Position numbers and translations under genes: made by a program. Below the pieces are notes generated by a model, which was not told where the DNA came from, searched no databases, and was given only the letters and a program-made list of their open reading frames with translations. Positions 52,907 through 61,089 of a stretch of DNA of 64,000 bases are shown here, piece after piece; within the stretch, counting starts at the first letter, position 1, and each line of letters begins with the position of its first letter. The stretch lies in IMG/VR virus record IMGVR_UViG_3300048904_000313, positions 9,468-73,467 of that record. One strand, given 5' to 3'. The stretch is from a virus.

Positions 52907-53860
52907 CTAGATCACGCGCTTGTATGGCTCCAGGAGGAGTTCGTAGTGGGTGACGAGCTCCTGGATGCCGTGGCCTCCCACGGTCTCCGAGCCAGGCAGG
53001 TTCTGGATGCTGACGCTGGTGATGCCCGCGTCGAGCGCCTGAGTGGTGGCAGCGAGGACGGTGGCCCACAGCACGTCGGCGGGGATCGCGCTCACGGTCA
53101 CCGACGCGGGGATGCCGCCAGGGTGGTTGAAGAGGATCGGGCTGGAGAGCGTGATCGTCCCAGGGCCAGCCGGCGCGGTGCCACCGCCGTTGGGAAGCGT
53201 GACGTCCGCGTTGGCGGTGACGCTGTTGACGTGCACTCGCTCAGTGCTGGCGCCGTCGTAGATGAAGACGGTGGCGCCGGCCATGCCGGTGACGTCGTCA
53301 ACGGTGAGCGTGGTGGCTCCCGCGATCGCGTCTGCTGACAGGCCAGCGTGCGGCCAGCCATTGACGTAGCTGCAGGCCAGGCGGTAGCCCTGACGGCCGA
53401 GACCCCAACCGGCGTAGCCGGGCGCAAGAAGAATGGCCTGGCCACCAGCGGCACCGCTGCCACCGGAGACGTAGGAGCCGTAGACGCCGATGAGCGGCAC
53501 CTCGATGTCCCACATGCCCTGCGGCACCTGAGTCCACTGACGCGGGAACATCGCGGCTGACGCCGTCTGCATGGCCAGGATCTGCGTGACGGGAGAGCGG
53601 GTGAGGATCCAGCGCACGACCCCGGTGTCCTGCTCCACGTTCACGCGGAAGTCACCGGGGCCGCTTCGCTGCTCATTGTCGATCGTGGACCGGAAGACCT
53701 GGTTCACGTAGCCGTCTACAACTTGCGTGGCTCGCCAGCAGATGTTGGTCTGCTCCGCGAACTGCTGGCTAGACGTGGACTTGGGGAAGGGAATGATCGA
53801 CCAGGAGATGCCCGTGGGCGCGTTCGTGATCATCGACGGGGTCACATACGGCGTGGCCAC
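52907..53860 (-). CDS. Head-to-tail adaptor
   Basis: MATPYVT...A...VD.Y..Q...Y..GW...P.DV..A; position after head genes. Confidence 0.7.
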   Translation of the reverse strand: MATPYVTPSMITNAPTGISWSIIPFPKSTSSQQFAEQTNICWRATQVVDGYVNQVFRSTIDNEQRSGPGDFRVNVEQDTGVVRWILTRSPVTQILAMQTASAAMFPRQWTQVPQGMWDIEVPLIGVYGSYVSGGSGAAGGQAILLAPGYAGWGLGRQGYRLACSYVNGWPHAGLSADAIAGATTLTVDDVTGMAGATVFIYDGASTERVHVNSVTANADVTLPNGGGTAPAGPGTITLSSPILFNHPGGIPASVTVSAIPADVLWATVLAATTQALDAGITSVSIQNLPGSETVGGHGIQELVTHYELLLEPYKRVI

Positions 53861-54024
53861 TACTCACAGTCTCCCTCCCGCCGTATGCACTTGGCACACA
53901 GCCACTTGTTGTTGAACCAGGAACCATGTCTATCGCAATATGAGGCGTTGCACGACTGGCAATGTCCAACCGGGATTCGCTTGCTGCGTCCTGTACACAA
54001 GCTGCATCGTGGACGACGCCTCAT
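53860..54024 (-). CDS. 54-aa Cys-rich Zn-finger protein (not in ORF track)
   Basis: GAGAGG RBS plus ATG: MRRRPRCSLCTG...CQSCNASYCDRH...LCAKC; stop overlaps the next GTG. Confidence 0.6.
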   Translation of the reverse strand: MRRRPRCSLCTGRSKRIPVGHCQSCNASYCDRHGSWFNNKWLCAKCIRREGDCE

Positions 54025-54063
54025 ACACCTCTCTCAGCCGGCGGGGGCGGGGCCGGCGGGCGG

Positions 54064-54747
54064 TCAGTTCGTGCGAGCCTTCTTGATGATCTCGAGTTGC
54101 GCGACCTTGGAGGGAGCGATCTCCAGGCCGTCCTTCTTGGCGATCTCCTTGAGCTGGGTGTACGTCAGCTCGTCGAGGTCGTCGGTGCCCGCCTCGGGCT
54201 CGCTCTCCGCCGGCGTGACTGGTTCCTCAGTCTCAGCGGGAGAGGAGTCCTCAGCCCCTGCGAGGGCTGCGACAGGCTTCTTGTTGGCCGCGTCCGACAT
54301 GTCGGCGCCGCACTCCCCGCAGAACTTCGCGGCCGGCCCGTTCGAGTGACCGTTGCGGCAGAGATGCGCCATGCTCACGGGAGCGGCGGTGACACTCACC
54401 TGGCCGAGCGCCTGCGTCAGCGCCTGTGCCAGAGCGGTGGGGAGGTGGCTGGCGAGTCCGGCGATCGCCGCCAGGGACTCCGTGTTGCTGATCGCGAGCT
54501 CTGCCTGGCCGCGCTTCTCCACGTCCAGTCGGATCGCCGTCTCATCCGGCGTCTCCGGGATCGTGTGGATGGAGCCGGCCCAGAGCGGGTCACCGCGAAG
54601 GTGATCCTCGCAGCCGCCGTGGCACGTGAGTGCCCAGACCTTGGCGGGTGCGCCCTCGATCACGGGTCGGCTGTGACTCTCGCCGCAACCTCCGTGCTCG
54701 GTGGAGATCGAAACCGCAGCGACGTCGCTGCGGGCGTAAACGGTCAT
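54064..54747 (-). CDS. Hypothetical protein with Zn ribbon and C-terminal HeH/SAP-like motif
   Basis: CRNGH...CGECG; LDELTYTQLKEIAKKDGL. Confidence 0.65.
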   Translation of the reverse strand: MTVYARSDVAAVSISTEHGGCGESHSRPVIEGAPAKVWALTCHGGCEDHLRGDPLWAGSIHTIPETPDETAIRLDVEKRGQAELAISNTESLAAIAGLASHLPTALAQALTQALGQVSVTAAPVSMAHLCRNGHSNGPAAKFCGECGADMSDAANKKPVAALAGAEDSSPAETEEPVTPAESEPEAGTDDLDELTYTQLKEIAKKDGLEIAPSKVAQLEIIKKARTN

Positions 54748-54797
54748 GGCAACCTCTTTCTGTTCAGTTCGGTTCCCCAGCGGGAGAGCGAACAAGT

Positions 54798-55079
54798 TCA
54801 GACGGAGATGGTCTCAGTGCCGCACTTGTTGCAGACCTTCGTCCAGGAGTTCCAGAGGCGGCCACACGGCTCACAGAGCTGACCCTTCTTGGTGCCGAAG
54901 GACTGCTGTCCCTTGGCACTCATGAGGCTCTGCTCACCGTACTGACCCTGGTTGATCGCGCGAGCGTGACGCTCTTCGACCTTGACGAAGCCACCGGCCT
55001 TGCTGGCCGTGTACCTCGTGCCGTCCTTGCAGTCGAGTCCCTTGCAGCCAGGTGGCAGCTGCACAGTCACGTCACTCAT
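54798..55079 (-). CDS. Small Zn-ribbon protein
   Basis: LPPGC.GLD..DGTRY; CEPC...CNKC. Confidence 0.65.
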   Translation of the reverse strand: MSDVTVQLPPGCKGLDCKDGTRYTASKAGGFVKVEERHARAINQGQYGEQSLMSAKGQQSFGTKKGQLCEPCGRLWNSWTKVCNKCGTETISV

Positions 55080-55088
55080 CGCGTCCTC

Positions 55089-55373
55089 CTACTGGGGCGT
55101 GGAGATAAGCCAGCTTACCACGCCGGAGATCGTTCCAGGAGCGATCACGTTCACCGCGGCGCCAGCTGATCCAGGGTACCCCGAGATCGGCACCGGTGGA
55201 GCGTTGTTCGGGATGGCAAAGCCGTTGGTGGCGGTGACCGCGTTGGGGCCGAAGCCCACGTAGACGGTGCCGCCACTCGTGTTGGAGATGACCACCTGAC
55301 ACGGCCCGCTGGGCACCGTGAAGAGCACGGTGGAGGAGGCGGTGGGTGCCTTCGCGCTTGCGATGAGAGCCAT
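55089..55373 (-). CDS. Small beta-rich virion protein
   Basis: ATG at 55373; ISNTSGGTVYVG...VT.TNGF.I, paralogous to the two upstream genes. Confidence 0.65.
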   Translation of the reverse strand: MALIASAKAPTASSTVLFTVPSGPCQVVISNTSGGTVYVGFGPNAVTATNGFAIPNNAPPVPISGYPGSAGAAVNVIAPGTISGVVSWLISTPQ

Positions 55374-55380
55374 CAGTGCC

Positions 55381-55857
55381 TCACATCGCGACCTGGATGC
55401 TGCCACCCTGGTGCCCGTTGAACTGACCGAAGGTCACGCCGCTGGCGTGAGCGTTCGCGGTCGCGGCGACAACCACGCTGGTGCCGGTGGAACCGGCGCC
55501 CACGACGACGAGCTCCGTGTTGTTGCCGTCGATGATCGAGATCACCATGCCGTTGGTGAAGCTGGCGCCGCCCGAGGCCACGGTGATCGCGGTGGCGCCC
55601 TGAGCGATCTGCGCGCTGGCGGTGCTGGTCGGCGTCTTGATCGCGTCAACCGCGGCGACCGCGTACAGCTTGGCGTTGTAGCAGACCTGCATGGACTTGC
55701 CCGCGCCGAGCGGGAAGCCGGTGGCTGCGGTGACCGCAGACTGACCCAGGTACAGGGTGGTGAGACCCGTGTTGGTCAGGGTGGCGGTCGTGTCGGCGCC
55801 CGATGGCGTGAAGACCACGACGGGCGAGGACGGGACGGAGACGGTGGTCACTGCCAC
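55381..55857 (-). CDS. Beta-rich virion (decoration-like) protein
   Basis: LTNTG.TTLYLG...VT.ATGF.L plus the AGAT.ITV...AHASG module. Confidence 0.65.
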   Translation of the reverse strand: MAVTTVSVPSSPVVVFTPSGADTTATLTNTGLTTLYLGQSAVTAATGFPLGAGKSMQVCYNAKLYAVAAVDAIKTPTSTASAQIAQGATAITVASGGASFTNGMVISIIDGNNTELVVVGAGSTGTSVVVAATANAHASGVTFGQFNGHQGGSIQVAM

Positions 55858-55883
55858 GGTGGTTACCTTTCGGGCGAGGGGGT

Positions 55884-55919
55884 GGGCTGGCCGGCGACGG
55901 GGGTAGCGCCGGCCAGCCC
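55884..55919 (-). terminator. Intrinsic terminator hairpin
   Basis: GGGCTGGCCGGCG / CGCCGGCCAGCCC perfect 13-bp stem. Confidence 0.7.
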
Positions 55920-55932
55920 GGTGTGCGGCGCC

Positions 55933-56253
55933 TCAGACGGTCGCGTTGACCGTGGAGAGACCAGCCTGGATGCTGGTGGTGCCCGAGGCGGTGATGGCGT
56001 ACACGTCGCCAGCGGTGTTGCCCTTGACGTAGTCGTAGCCGTAGATGGTGATCTGCTGGCCCGCGGCCAGACGCAGACCCGTGACGGTGACCGCCGCGAT
56101 GCCGACGAAGCACGTGGTGCTGCCGGTGTTGACGAGGGTCAGGTTGGTGAGGTGCGAGCCCGTCGAGTAGAGCGACGACGTGGTGTCGAACACCTTGGTA
56201 GCGCTGTTGGTGACCGTGGTGGTCTGCACGCTACCCGAGGAGAAGATGGCCAT
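55933..56253 (-). CDS. Small beta-rich virion (decoration-like) protein
   Basis: LVNTGSTTCFVG...VT.TGL.L; directly after MCP. Confidence 0.65.
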   Translation of the reverse strand: MAIFSSGSVQTTTVTNSATKVFDTTSSLYSTGSHLTNLTLVNTGSTTCFVGIAAVTVTGLRLAAGQQITIYGYDYVKGNTAGDVYAITASGTTSIQAGLSTVNATV

Positions 56254-56289
56254 GATGGCCGTCCTTTCGGTGACGAAGGTCGAGCGCAG

Positions 56290-56313
56290 AGGGGGCGGCT
56301 CTCGCCGCCCCCT
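56290..56313 (-). terminator. Terminator after the major capsid gene
   Basis: AGGGGGCGGC-TCTC-GCCGCCCCCT. Confidence 0.75.
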
Positions 56314-56319
56314 TCACGA

Positions 56320-58134
56320 TCAGCTGAACGGCGTGGTGTCCGAGACCTGGAGGCCCTGGAGGATGCCGCTGTACTGCGGAGCGTGCGAGACGAGCGCGCC
56401 GTACATGAAGAGCGAGTAGCGGAACGTGGCGTCGATGACCGGCCAGGCGATCGACACGTAGTCCTGGACCATCGTCATCTCCCAGGCGTTGGCCACGTTG
56501 GTCCACGTCTGCGGGAGCTGGTAGGTCATGAGCATCGCGGTGCCCTGGGTCAGCCAGGGGTGAACCACGAGCTTCAGGATGCTGCGCGTGATCGGGTTCT
56601 GGAACTCCGACACGGCGGCACCGACGCGGGCGCCGCCCACCTCGGCCTGGTCGAGGAACAGGCGGTAGTTCGTGGCCGAGCCCTGCGAGATGATGTCGTT
56701 CGAGAGGCGCATGATGTCGCCACCCTCGCCGACGATCTCCGCGGGGTCGGCGCGGAACGCGCCGGGGTTGTTGCTCGCACCCGGAGCACCGTCCCACAGA
56801 CCCTGAAGGGCCGTGTAGAGGACGTTGTAGTTGAGGTGCTGGCCCACGTTCTGGTTGACGTAGCCACCCTGCCAGTTGGCGGGGTAGACGCCGGCCGAGG
56901 CCGACTTGCCGGTGAGGGTCGGGATCAGACCCTCCATGCGGGTACCCGAGCCGGTGCCCGTGTCCGCCGCTGGCTTGGTCGTGGTGGCCGGCAGCGCGCC
57001 CTGCAGCGTGTACTTGGTGCCACCGACACCCGACGCCATCAGGTAGTAGTTGGCGCCGTCGTAGGCGTAGAGGTCGTACGACAGCGCGCCCGCGACCGGG
57101 GTGATCGTGACGTCCACGACCTGGCCGGCCGAGACGGTGAAGGCGCCCGAGTTCGCCGAGCCCGCGGTGCCACCGTAGTAGTTCTTGGCGACGACGGCCA
57201 CGTTGGTGAGCGTGGTGTTGAGCGCGGTCTCGTTCGAGCCAGCGGTGCGAACCGCGGCCGTCGGAGCGGCGGGAGTGGCGAGAGGCTGCGACGTGGCCGC
57301 CAGCATCTGGTACTCCTCGCCCAGCATCATCTCCTGGAGGAGGATGAGGTTGGCGAGCGCGGAGATGTCCTCGAAGCCCTGGCCGGCGAACTGGGCGAGC
57401 CACGAGAGCGACTCGGTCAGGCCGAAGAACTTGTACGGGACGTTGAGCTGGGTCTCGGTCTGCGAGCCAGCACCCGGGAGGTTCAGCGGCCACGAGGTGG
57501 ACGCCAGGGTGCCGCCAGACTGGACGAGCTCGGGGATCGAGATGTCGAGGACACCCTGACCACCGGTCTGCGAGCCAGAGATACCGGTGAACACGCGCTC
57601 GATGCGCGACGTGCCCTGACCGGCCGGACGTGGCAGCTTGTTGCGGAAGACCGTGTAGACCGGGTAGATCAGGCGCGACGGCGCGAGCAGGTCGAAGGGG
57701 ACCAGGCCCGAGACGGTGCCGATGCCGAGGTTACCGGCCGTGAAGGACTTCAGCGCGTCCGCGCCACCGGGCATGGAGCCGACCAGCTGGCTGATCTGCT
57801 CGCCCACGGACGGCATGTTGAGCGCCGTCTTCAGGGTGCCGAACTGGTCGAGGAAGCCCGGGTTCATGGACTTGACGACCGAGGCGCGGTTTGCGTAGCC
57901 GCGGTGGGTCTCCGCGCGGAGCTCCATCGTGGCCTGGTGAGCCTTGGTGGTGACCACCGAGGCGTCGCTGAGCGCGGTGTTGCCGTTGCCGACGAAGCCC
58001 GCGCCCTTGACCAGGTCGGTCATCTTGGCCTTGAGCATGTCGCCCGAGCGCGAGTACCGTGGCGCTTCAGCCGCGGCCTTCGCGATCGCGTCTCCCGGAG
58101 TGGGAGCCGGCTCCGTGGTGAGGATGTCAGCCAC
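56320..58134 (-). CDS. Major capsid protein (604 aa, with internal insertion)
   Basis: Follows the protease/scaffold gene; strong AAAGGAGG RBS; terminator downstream; PFDL.AP.RLI.P...FRN.LPR..GQG. Confidence 0.75.
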   Translation of the reverse strand: MADILTTEPAPTPGDAIAKAAAEAPRYSRSGDMLKAKMTDLVKGAGFVGNGNTALSDASVVTTKAHQATMELRAETHRGYANRASVVKSMNPGFLDQFGTLKTALNMPSVGEQISQLVGSMPGGADALKSFTAGNLGIGTVSGLVPFDLLAPSRLIYPVYTVFRNKLPRPAGQGTSRIERVFTGISGSQTGGQGVLDISIPELVQSGGTLASTSWPLNLPGAGSQTETQLNVPYKFFGLTESLSWLAQFAGQGFEDISALANLILLQEMMLGEEYQMLAATSQPLATPAAPTAAVRTAGSNETALNTTLTNVAVVAKNYYGGTAGSANSGAFTVSAGQVVDVTITPVAGALSYDLYAYDGANYYLMASGVGGTKYTLQGALPATTTKPAADTGTGSGTRMEGLIPTLTGKSASAGVYPANWQGGYVNQNVGQHLNYNVLYTALQGLWDGAPGASNNPGAFRADPAEIVGEGGDIMRLSNDIISQGSATNYRLFLDQAEVGGARVGAAVSEFQNPITRSILKLVVHPWLTQGTAMLMTYQLPQTWTNVANAWEMTMVQDYVSIAWPVIDATFRYSLFMYGALVSHAPQYSGILQGLQVSDTTPFS

Positions 58135-58200
58135 GAGAGCCTCCTTTCACGTGTGCGATACAGGTGGCAAGTGCCGGAGGGTAGACGTCCGGCAGCCGTG

Positions 58201-60828
58201 TTACTGGATGCCGTTCATCTGGTAGAGCTTGGTCCAGGCTGCTTCACGCTCGCCTGGGTCCGGGCTGAAGCGAGCCTGCTCCTGCAGGGCCGCCATCAGT
58301 GCCGCCTGCGTCCGCTCCGCGGCGCTTGCGACGGTCGACGTCACCGACGCCGAAGACTTGAGGGCGTCAGGGGCTGCCATGCCCTTGAACGCGGTGACCG
58401 TGGGGTCGGGGAGGTTGGAGAGCTCGTCCACGGTCTCGGCGAGCTTGGCGTTCTTCGCCTGCTCGTCCTTGAGAGCCTTGGTGAGCTCCTCGACCTGAGT
58501 GGCCAGAGGCGTGAGCGCGTCCACAACCGCGGACTTGATCAGCTCGGCGTCCACGGTGGCCGCCTTCGTGATCAGCTTGTCCTTCTTAGCCTTCTTGACC
58601 TTGGGCTCGATCTCCTCCACCACCGGGGTGACCTCGGGCTCGACCGTGGGAGCCACCGGCTCCTCGACGGACTTGCCCACGTGGGTCGCCGGCGCGTTGG
58701 CGTCCGGACCGGCACCGGGGTGGTGATCGCCGTGCATGGAGCACAGGTCGGGGAAGGTCTGCGCGATGTGATCATGCATCGCGGCGAGCGCGCTGCGAGC
58801 GGCGTCCCGCTGCACGTTGCGGTAGAAGGAGCGGCCCTTGTTGGACGGGCTCTGCGCCGCGTGATCACCGGTCAGTGGACCACGAGTGAAGTCCTCCGCC
58901 GTGATGTGGCCGGTGGGGACCTGAGCCGTGTTGGGGCCGTCGTAGTCGGTACCGTGGCTCGCCTGGCCGGCCGTGAGGACGGGGCGGCGGAAGCGGACCG
59001 GGCTGAGCTCCGTCGGCGTGGGGAAGGTGCCGGGACCAGGGTTGGCGTCGCTGAAGGACTTGTGAGCCTCATCGCGGATCTCGTCGAGCATCGCCAGGTC
59101 GGCGCCCTTGATGGTGACCGAGTGCTGCCAGAGCTCAGTCATCTTCTGAGCCTCGGCGAGCGGGGCGTTGGCCGCGGCGTCCAGGGCCTTCGCCTGCCAC
59201 ACGTTGACGTCCATCGTGTGCAGGTTCTCGGCGGGATACGCCTTGCCGACCTCGACGGGGTCGAAGGCGGGGCAGGTCAGGTCGTGGATGACGCCCAGGT
59301 CGGAGGGGACACCCACGGACTTGAGCCGCTGGGCCGCCTTGACGCTGGCGTCTGGGGTGGTGGGCATGTTCGCGTCCGCCTCCAGTGCCTCGATGTCGGT
59401 TCCGTCAGGCTCGCGGTGAGCCGGGACTGGCTTCACGTTGGAGGCACCCACGCCCACCACGCCCTCGCCAGGGGTGTCGCTCTTCTCGACCACGGGCACC
59501 TGGTGACCGCAGTTGCCGCAGAACTTGGTGGCGACCAGGTTCTCACAGCTGGGGCACGCGACGCCCTTGTCGGCCTTCATGCCCATGCACTTGCCGCAGT
59601 CGCAGTCACTGCCACACGAGCCGCAGCCGGTGCAGTTGCCGCCCTCGCAGCCGCAGCCTGGGCAGCAGCTGGCGCCCTTCTCGAGGTCTTCCTTGTCCTG
59701 ACCACCGGACTTCGGAAGCGCCTTGCCGCAGCCGGAGCAGTTGCGCAGCTTGGAGTCGGAGTCGAAGCCCTTGCCACAGCCGCTGCAGGTCTTCCCGCCC
59801 TTGGCGCCCTTGGTCTCATCGGGCTCTGCCACGGTTTCCTCGCCGTCCTTGCCGGTCTCCGCGGCCTTGACCTCGCCGCCCTCGTCGTCGGCGTTGTCGT
59901 CCTCGACGTCGGGGTTGTCGCCCTTGGCCACGATGGCCTCCATCTCACTCTTCCAGGACTCTGGGAGCTGCGCCTCGAACTCCGGGCCCTTGCGGTGAGC
60001 GATGCTCGTGATCCGGCGGCGCAGCTCGTCGCTGGAGTAGTTGTCCGCCCCGGCGCGACCGATGGAACTGGCCGCGTCGCTGACGTCACCGGGAGTGACG
60101 ATGGGGAAGGAACGGTCGCGGCCGGCGAAGTCGGACGCGGGGATCTTGTCGCGGTCCACGCCGCCACCCACGTTGGGGTCCATCTGCCGCTTCTCCGCGG
60201 TCGCGCGGTGCTGCAGCAGCTTCGCCAGGTCGGCGGGGCTGAAGGTGGCGTTGGCGGGGAGGACGACGTCCTCGTCCTTGGCAGCCTTGGTCAGCACGTC
60301 CGAGTCACCGAAGACCTTGCCGCTGAACTCGACGTTGCCGTCCTTGTCAGCCTTCACCAGCTGGATGCCGCAGTTCTTGTTGGCCGGGCGGTCGACCAGG
60401 CTGATCTCCACGATCTCCCCATCGACGATGCGGCCGTTGCGAGCCACACTGTCGCGGACGATCTTGGGGCGCGCGATGCCCACGGAGTAGGCGCGGAGCG
60501 CCTTGTGCCGCACGAGGTTCTTGGCCTCGGTCTCCACCACCAGGCTCTTCACCCAGGTGGAGCCGTCCGCCTCGGTGTTGACCTCCACGCCAACGCCGGC
60601 GGGGTCGCGCTGCGAGTTGTGCTGGACGCGTACGTTCGCGCCGGTGGCCAGCCAATCGGCGATGGCCTTGCCGGAAAAGTCCGTGTCGACGATCTGCTCG
60701 TCGCTGTCGACGCTGCCGTCCGTGGCCTTGCCATAGACGTACAGGTTGCCGTCGCCAGTCTCTTCGAACTTGGTGATCGGGAACGAGATGAAGGTCAGCT
60801 CACCGGCTGACGTCAGCGTGGCTGCCAT
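58201..60828 (-). CDS. Capsid maturation protease fused to scaffold-like and Zn-ribbon regions
   Basis: HK97-type protease pattern VYG.A.....D.D.Q, VRVQH, AYSVG, EISLVDRPAN; multiple CxxC; C-terminal coiled coil. Confidence 0.8.
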   Translation of the reverse strand: MAATLTSAGELTFISFPITKFEETGDGNLYVYGKATDGSVDSDEQIVDTDFSGKAIADWLATGANVRVQHNSQRDPAGVGVEVNTEADGSTWVKSLVVETEAKNLVRHKALRAYSVGIARPKIVRDSVARNGRIVDGEIVEISLVDRPANKNCGIQLVKADKDGNVEFSGKVFGDSDVLTKAAKDEDVVLPANATFSPADLAKLLQHRATAEKRQMDPNVGGGVDRDKIPASDFAGRDRSFPIVTPGDVSDAASSIGRAGADNYSSDELRRRITSIAHRKGPEFEAQLPESWKSEMEAIVAKGDNPDVEDDNADDEGGEVKAAETGKDGEETVAEPDETKGAKGGKTCSGCGKGFDSDSKLRNCSGCGKALPKSGGQDKEDLEKGASCCPGCGCEGGNCTGCGSCGSDCDCGKCMGMKADKGVACPSCENLVATKFCGNCGHQVPVVEKSDTPGEGVVGVGASNVKPVPAHREPDGTDIEALEADANMPTTPDASVKAAQRLKSVGVPSDLGVIHDLTCPAFDPVEVGKAYPAENLHTMDVNVWQAKALDAAANAPLAEAQKMTELWQHSVTIKGADLAMLDEIRDEAHKSFSDANPGPGTFPTPTELSPVRFRRPVLTAGQASHGTDYDGPNTAQVPTGHITAEDFTRGPLTGDHAAQSPSNKGRSFYRNVQRDAARSALAAMHDHIAQTFPDLCSMHGDHHPGAGPDANAPATHVGKSVEEPVAPTVEPEVTPVVEEIEPKVKKAKKDKLITKAATVDAELIKSAVVDALTPLATQVEELTKALKDEQAKNAKLAETVDELSNLPDPTVTAFKGMAAPDALKSSASVTSTVASAAERTQAALMAALQEQARFSPDPGEREAAWTKLYQMNGIQ

Positions 60829-60866
60829 TCACAGCTCCTCAAGTGCGGCAGTAGGGATCTTACCAC

Positions 60867-60896
60867 ATCGTGGTCACTCGTCGTCATTGAACTCAG
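60867..60896 (-). promoter_or_regulatory. Possible late promoter upstream of the protease gene
   Basis: TGG-TAAGAT extended -10; weak -35. Confidence 0.35.
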
Positions 60897-61089
60897 TGGC
60901 AGGGGTCCACTCCGTGTAGAGGAGCGTACGAGTCACCCACTTGCCGTCATCGAGTGGCAAGACATAACCACCTCGCGTGTACACCGTGTTGTGCCTGAGC
61001 CGAGGCCGGAGGCCAGCCTCGGCGCAAGCGTTGAGCGCGGCGGTGAGACCGTTGAGAAGCCTGAGCGTCTCGTCAGCCTCACTCGCCAC
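60874..61089 (-). CDS. Small hypothetical protein
   Basis: ORF track; overlaps portal stop. Confidence 0.6.
   Translation of the reverse strand: MASEADETLRLLNGLTAALNACAEAGLRPRLRHNTVYTRGGYVLPLDDGKWVTRTLLYTEWTPATEFNDDE

Noticed and set aside
54038-54064. G-rich tract GGGGGCGGGGCCGGCGGG as a G-quadruplex
   Set aside because: There are only three clear GGG runs, this is expected at such GC content, and it is better explained as a weak GCCGGC hairpin after a stop codon.
55318-60810. 1830-aa plus-strand ORF (also 45610..48042 +, 61736..63697 +, 17534..19369 -, 21044..23179 -)
   Set aside because: These are antisense shadows of real genes. Strong GC3 bias leaves the opposite strand free of stops, and the translations show no recognisable motifs or RBS.
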